From positions 690,001-722,000 of the forward strand of contig NZ_AP013028.1 of assembly GCF_000829315.1 (NCBI RefSeq): DNA of 32,000 nt. The letters are read 5' to 3'. Both the position numbers and the translations under genes were made by a program. The notes under the pieces were generated by a model. The model did no database searches and was not told the DNA's origin. It saw nothing but the letters and a program-made list of their open reading frames with translations. Every line of letters begins with the position of its first letter. Within the stretch, counting starts at the first letter, position 1. The stretch comes from Wolbachia endosymbiont of Cimex lectularius. Its GTDB lineage: Bacteria > Pseudomonadota > Alphaproteobacteria > Rickettsiales > Anaplasmataceae. Shown here piece after piece: positions 27,497-32,000 of the stretch.

Positions 27497-27945
27497 TATA
27501 AATATTAAGAAATTTACCAAGCGAAAAAAAAAGCAAAAGAAACCCTGGTCAGTATTTATTTTTAGTATTGGCGTTTTTATGTCTTAAACGCTGCAATTTA
27601 GCTGCTTTTAAACGCAACTAGTCTAAGCTATAATATTTAAGAAATTTACCAGGCAGAAGAAAAGGACAATAAAACCCCGAGGTAGCTAGTTATTCCACTC
27701 TCTATTTTAAAATCCGGCGTTGGGTGATGTCTTAAACGACTTATAAGCGCGTTTCAGCTTGTATGGGTAAAAACCCGAAGTTTTAGACATGCAGTGCACA
27801 TAGTGCGAAAAATTAAACAATAGTACGCCAAATACAAGTTTTCTTGTCATTTTAACCTGCACAGATTGGGAAGTTAAACAAATAGCTTCAATACTATTGA
27901 TAAAAGGAATAGCGAAAGTTGTCAAGCAGTTTTTTTGTTTCTATT
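27497..27945 (+). repeat. Composite repeat, copy F3
   Basis: Collinear with 20105-20565: tandem modules starting near 27505 and 27630, then the tail gtcttaaacgacttataagcgcgtttcagcttgta...ending in ...gttgtcaagcagttttttt. Confidence 0.8.
27897..27925 (-). promoter_or_regulatory. Promoter-like module in repeat F3 (TTGACA-N17-TATCAA on the minus strand)
   Basis: Plus strand has tgtcaa at 27920-27925 and ttgata at 27897-27902, with 17 nt between. Confidence 0.45.
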
Positions 27946-28099
27946 GAATTCCCGTGGCTTCTGAATATATAGAGGTTGTCCGGAAGCTAGCAAATTCAAG
28001 CATATTCCCTCTTTAACATAACTCTACTCATAGCTAAGTATATGAAATTCTCAGTGAATGTTGTGAGTAAATCATACTCCTTCGATAGCCTTCTTTTTT

Positions 28100-28215
28100 C
28101 TGCCTGGTAAATTTCTTAAATATTATAGCTTAGACTAGTTGCGTTTAAAAGCAGCTAAATTGCAGCGTTAAAGGCATAAAAACGCCAATACTGGAAATAA
28201 ATACTGACCAGGGTT
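28100..28215 (-). repeat. Inverted partial copy of the repeat module; right arm of a 116-bp inverted repeat with 27541-27656
   Basis: The reverse complement of 28100-28215 aligns by eye to 27541-27656 with about 4 substitutions and no gaps. Confidence 0.85.
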
Positions 28216-28385
28216 TTTTTTACTTTTTTTTAGGTTATGCGAGAAGTCTGCTTTCATTTTGACTAAAAGTTTAATCATTACTAATATTAATAAAAATTTA
28301 ATAATAATCCTTAACAATATATGAATTAACATGTTCGCAGCTTCGCATGATAGAGGAAGTAGAAGAATATTCTCTTAGAACCTGT

Positions 28386-28914
28386 TTAAAATCTTCGTAA
28401 CAGGAGAGAAATGAAGGAGAGGACTATCATCTGTAAGCTAGTGTTGAGCTTCCGCTCGCAATTTTTCCACAATCGCCTGCACTTTTCTAACCAGGCAAAA
28501 GAGCGTTCAACAACCCATCTTTTTGGCAATACGACGAAAGTGTGTAACTCACTTCGCTTTATTACTTCAACAGTCGCACCAATGATAGCTTTTATTTGTG
28601 TTGCAAAATTTTCTCCTGTGTAGCCAGCATCAACCAGTATGTTTTTAACTTCAGAGAGGTTTGCTTTAGCATTTTCGACCATTTTCACAGCACTGCTACG
28701 GTCAGTTGCTTCTGCCATTGTTACATAAATTGCATGTGGCAAACCTTGTGTATCAACTGCAATATGGCGCTTTATCCCTGAAATCTTTTTACCTGCATCA
28801 TAGCCTTTTTTTTTCAGCAGTATCTGCGTTTTTAACGCTTTGAGAATCAATTATACAAAAGCTAGTTTTCTCTTTCCGACCATTGCTGATACGGACCTCT
28901 CCAACTAATTTTTT
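28386..28914 (-). pseudogene. IS transposase OrfB (copy 3) with A9 in the second poly(A) tract (28806-28814); the catalytic region is split over two frames
   Basis: Same frame structure as copy 2. One T-to-M difference (YVTMAEATD). Confidence 0.7.
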
Positions 28915-29176
28915 TTAAGACTAATTCCAACAAGCTTGGCTCTTCTCCATTCTTTTTACTCCACACTCGAAAATAGTAATATACGCTTTCCCATCTTGGA
29001 AAACCCTTTGGTAACATCCTCCACTGACAACCACTTTTTAAGACGTACAACACCCCACAAAATACGTCATACAAATCAAGTTTTCTTGGTTTTGTTTTCT
29101 GCTTGCTACTCTCCAAAATTGGCCTGATTTTTTCAAACTGCTCTTGACTTATATTACTTGGATAACTTTTCTGCAT
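28862..29176 (-). CDS. IS transposase OrfA (copy 3)
   Basis: Protein identical to copy 2 OrfA. Confidence 0.85.
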   Translation of the reverse strand: MQKSYPSNISQEQFEKIRPILESSKQKTKPRKLDLYDVFCGVLYVLKSGCQWRMLPKGFPRWESVYYYFRVWSKKNGEEPSLLELVLKKISWRGPYQQWSEREN

Positions 29177-29472
29177 AGACACCTCATTATTAATCTATGC
29201 TACTTTACCTCACATTTCCAAGATTTTAAACAGGTTCTTAGACCTTGCCATGCAGAAAAGCAATCAAAGTATGACTCAATTTCTAAAAGAAAATGGGGCA
29301 AAAACAAGTTTAGAGATAAAAGTGCAATTAGCAGTATTAACTACGCTAACTGTTATGACCCTCAGTTTAGCACTAGTAGTATATTCTGTTATGAAGGGCA
29401 TTCGAGAAATTTCTGCAAAAAAACCATGCGGCATTCTCGATGAAGTAGAGGGCAAAAGGGTGAGATCTTCAA

Positions 29473-30084
29473 TTACGCAAAAAGTATAAGGTCAATTGTA
29501 GTAAAATCACACAATTGCTTCGTAGAGCTATGTCCTGTAATAATTACTATACCATTTTGCTCAGAACGTATTGAGATTAGGTTCAGCACTAATTCGCAGG
29601 TTGCACTATCAAGATTACAAAATGGCTCATCTATCAGCCAAACATTCGCATTAGAGATTAAGAGGCGAGCAAGTGCAACTCTTCTTTTCCAACCTGCAGA
29701 AAGTTCACCATATCTAATATTAAGTACAGGTTGTAACTGTAAACAACAAACAGCGGCCATAATCAATTCTTTAGTATCTCGTATTTCTGCCCAGAGTTCT
29801 ATGTTTTCAGCAACAGTTAGACTATTCTTGCAGGCATTTTTATGCCCTATATAGACCATAGAAGGTATATAAGACTTTGGGTCATCATATATGTCTTTTC
29901 CACAATGCTTTATGTTGCCTGATACTGGTGGCAATAGTCCGGATAAGCTTCTGATTAAGCTGGTTTTACCACTACCATTTGGACCAGTGATTAAGATCTT
30001 AGATTTTGGCTTAGCTTGAAAACTGAGATTTTTAAATAATATTTTATTATTACGGGCACAGGATAAATTTTCACATTCAAGCAT
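29473..30084 (-). CDS. ccmA: Heme exporter ATP-binding protein CcmA (cytochrome c maturation)
   Basis: 203 aa ABC ATPase. L.C.NLSC.R....LF.NLSF, Walker A GPNGSGKTS, LSAGWKRRVALARL, Walker B WLIDEP. The small size is typical of CcmA. Confidence 0.82.
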   Translation of the reverse strand: MLECENLSCARNNKILFKNLSFQAKPKSKILITGPNGSGKTSLIRSLSGLLPPVSGNIKHCGKDIYDDPKSYIPSMVYIGHKNACKNSLTVAENIELWAEIRDTKELIMAAVCCLQLQPVLNIRYGELSAGWKRRVALARLLISNANVWLIDEPFCNLDSATCELVLNLISIRSEQNGIVIITGHSSTKQLCDFTTIDLILFA

Positions 30085-30226
30085 TTACTGGACCTCCAAA
30101 GAGGACCTGGAGCCTAGATACTTCGATGTATGAACATTGCAACTTGTAGGTAGTTTGTGCAACAGACAGTAAGTGTTTGATACGTAAGCATTGTGATTTG
30201 AGAACTCTTTTCACTAAGAGGATGTT

Positions 30227-30431
30227 ATCCCAGTGCCTGAGCACTGGGATCCAGGAATGCTGGTTGAACACTAGATTGGTAAGTATGGAAGTAATTAACC
30301 TAATGTTAAAACACAGCGTCAACTTTTCCGGATTCCAAATAGGAACAACATGGAATGACACAAGAAATCTAATGTTTATTAAACCCATTTGCAAGCAAAG
30401 TTTGCTGGATCCCAGTGTCAAGCACTGGGAT
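30227..30431. repeat. Pair of inverted palindromic elements (MITE-like) in the ccmA upstream spacer
   Basis: atcccagtgc/ctga/gcactgggat (30227-30250) and atcccagtg/tcaag/cactgggat (30409-31). The wider motifs gatgttatcccagtgc...gggatccagg and ctggatcccagtg...gggatgacatcc are reverse complements of each other. Confidence 0.75.
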
Positions 30432-30521
30432 GACATCCTTGTGTCTGAGGCAACACTGGCTGTAAAACTTAACATAATTCAAGGAGTTTAATATCAGAAA
30501 GTAGGCTGTACAACGGATACA

Positions 30522-30953
30522 TTATCTGCCCTTTCCTTTATACTTACCCTTAGTTGAAGCCTGAGCTTTTACAAACAGCTCCCAAAATCCTTTCTGTCCG
30601 CCTTCTCTATTTATCAACTGCGCCAAACGCTGCATAAATCCACCACTTAACATAACCATTTTTGTCCATTTACCTACTGGCTTTGCAATGTCAACTATTT
30701 CTGGATCTTCTTTGTAAACCTGTATATCTTTTTGCTTTTCGCGCAGCATTTCTTGATGTTTCATCAACCCTTTTTGCTTATTCTTTTGATATAATTCATT
30801 GAATTTTCTGTCTTCCTCCCACTTTTCTTCAAGGACTTTTTTAGGAAATATGATTTTCCGAATTCGGTTCTTGTATATATTTCTCAAAAAGAAAAATACT
30901 GCAGCCGCAGCAAGTAATGTTATGCTATATATTATGATCTGTACAAATGGCAT
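30522..30953 (-). CDS. Hypothetical membrane-anchored, lysine/glutamate-rich protein (143 aa)
   Basis: N-terminal TM IIIYSITLLAAAAVFFFL, then a charged coiled region. No family recognised. Confidence 0.5.
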   Translation of the reverse strand: MPFVQIIIYSITLLAAAAVFFFLRNIYKNRIRKIIFPKKVLEEKWEEDRKFNELYQKNKQKGLMKHQEMLREKQKDIQVYKEDPEIVDIAKPVGKWTKMVMLSGGFMQRLAQLINREGGQKGFWELFVKAQASTKGKYKGKGR

Positions 30954-31149
30954 TTTTCGTATCTAGATTTATTAAAAATACCCTTATTATTATACCACAA
31001 TTATAGAAACTCTGCAAACTTGTGTGAGCAAAGACAGCACAAAGCAACATTTCTCTATCTCGCAAGTTGTGTAAATATGCGATGAACGGGCTTGTATACA
31101 ATAAGGTTTATTTCTATACTGCTTAAAGAATTCTGGTGACCAAACAAAT

Positions 31150-32000
31150 ATGAACTACTATAAAACTCACACGTGCAATGAACTGAGAAAGAGCGATGTA
31201 GAAAAGGAAGTTACCCTCTCTGGATGGTTATACCGTAAGCGCAATCACGGTAATCTGATTTTTGTTGATTTAAGAGACTTCTATGGAATTACTCAGTTGG
31301 TATTCAATAACGATAAAGATTTTTTTGATGAAATATCAAATTTAAAATCAGAAAGTGTAATTACTGTTACAGGCATAGTCAAAGCTAGAACTGAAGATAC
31401 AGTAAACAGCTCTATTTCTACCGGAGAAATCGAGGTGATAGTCAACAATTTGCACGTTGAGTCGGAAGTTGAGTTCCACCGCGATGAAGAAATAGCAAAA
31501 GAAGAAAGAAGTATATTAGCAAGCATTACCGGTGAGCAAGAATACCCAGAAAATATGAGATTTAAATATCGATTTCTTGACTTAAGACGTGAGAAAGCCC
31601 GCAACAACATTATTTTGCGCTCACAAATCATTGCAGAACTCCGCAGTCTCATGATAGAGCAAGGATTTTTAGAGATTCAAACACCAATACTCACTGCTTC
31701 CTCTCCTGAAGGAGCACGCGACTACCTAGTGCCAAGCAAGCTAAATCCTGGCAAATTTTATGCATTGCCGCAAGCTCCGCAGATTTTCAAACAGTTGCTC
31801 ATGGTCTCAGGGTTTGATAAATATTTCCAAATTGCACCGTGTTTTCGTGATGAAGACGCAAGGGCTGATCGTTCTCCTGGGGAATTTTATCAGCTAGACC
31901 TTGAAATGTCTTTTGTGACTCAAGAGGACATATTTGACGTTATTGAATCTGCTTTATATAAAGTGTTCGCCAAGTTTTCTCGCAAGTCTGTTGACAAAGA
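31150..32000 (+). CDS. aspS: Aspartyl-tRNA synthetase, N-terminal part (continues beyond the window)
   Basis: Absent from the track because there is no stop in the window. My translation: [52 protein letters not shown]...RFLDLRR...[23 protein letters not shown]...[55 protein letters not shown] (class II motifs 1 and 2). Confidence 0.95.
   Translation, partial: MNYYKTHTCNELRKSDVEKEVTLSGWLYRKRNHGNLIFVDLRDFYGITQLVFNNDKDFFDEISNLKSESVITVTGIVKARTEDTVNSSISTGEIEVIVNNLHVESEVEFHRDEEIAKEERSILASITGEQEYPENMRFKYRFLDLRREKARNNIILRSQIIAELRSLMIEQGFLEIQTPILTASSPEGARDYLVPSKLNPGKFYALPQAPQIFKQLLMVSGFDKYFQIAPCFRDEDARADRSPGEFYQLDLEMSFVTQEDIFDVIESALYKVFAKFSRKSVDK

Larger units (their letters stand above)
28378..29237 (-). 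mobile_element. IS5-family insertion sequence, copy 3, 860 bp, inverted orientation
   Basis: Same termini as the other copies. Flanked by tta on both sides on the plus strand (28375-28377 and 29238-29240), which is a TAA direct repeat in IS orientation. Has a 1-nt deletion in the leader (atgctacttt versus atgcttacttt). Confidence 0.92.

Noticed and set aside
27707-27925. 72-aa ORF (internal 47-aa MTRKLVFGVLLFNF... peptide) just downstream of the repeat promoter box; considered as a type I toxin-like small protein
   Set aside because: The equivalent positions in the other copies are out of frame or stop early. Copy 20545 gives MTKNLGYLASHV-stop, and copy 12251 has an indel that shifts the frame. 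No peptide is conserved, so an RNA-level or no function is more likely.
29238-29489. 79-aa ORF next to IS copy 3; also tested whether this flank continues the truncated ugd gene
   Set aside because: The translation (…DLAMQKSNQSMTQFLKENGAKTS…, one TM) does not match the expected UGDH continuation (…G.aDLs.v…KSTVP.GT). It lacks an SD, overlaps the ccmA 3' end, and is unsupported as a gene.
30077-30491. Overlapping 132-aa (minus) and 104-aa (plus) ORFs
   Set aside because: Both are read-through translations of the palindromic elements (SSQCLTLGS / PSVKHWDDIL). Being open on both strands is a property of the palindrome, not evidence of coding.

Overview
AT-rich, gene-dense segment that looks like a Wolbachia-type (Anaplasmataceae, Rickettsiales) chromosome. 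Supporting signs are a GroES/GroEL pair whose GroEL N-terminus ([15 protein letters not shown]...) I recognise as Wolbachia-like, an ankyrin-repeat protein, a phage-tail gene remnant, IS5-family elements and many palindromic repeats. Core genes present: an Mrp/Nuo-type antiporter subunit (partial), EamA/DMT transporter, alanine:cation symporter, DsbD-N-like protein, groES-groEL, ygfZ, an FtsW/RodA-family gene, ubiE, an MFS efflux pump, tkt, rpsD, tRNA-Leu(UAA), iscX, ribD, a dGTPase-like HD protein, an ErpA/IscA-type protein, lolD, an alpha/beta hydrolase, a NifS/IscS-type cysteine desulfurase, ccmA and aspS (partial). Three ~860-bp copies of one IS5-family (IS1031-like) element sit at 1972-2831 (+), 5882-6742 (+) and 28378-29237 (-). 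One of them truncates a UDP-glucose dehydrogenase gene. I see no CRISPR array, rRNA, defence operon or convincing novel multi-gene system. The unusual biology is repeat-driven: (1) a dispersed palindromic repeat lies in-frame inside transketolase; (2) a ~0.5-kb composite repeat family has at least three long copies, and every promoter-bearing copy keeps an invariant TTGACA-N17 promoter-like module pointing into the repeat; (3) a 116-bp inverted repeat pair; (4) a group II intron domain-V-like fragment; (5) a decayed RelB/RelE-type module with a stop codon in the antitoxin; (6) a poly-Asp insertion in the ErpA/IscA protein; (7) poly(A)-tract length differences between IS copies that change the transposase reading-frame structure. 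All product calls come from motif recognition by eye on the supplied translations or my own translation. No database search or alignment software was available.
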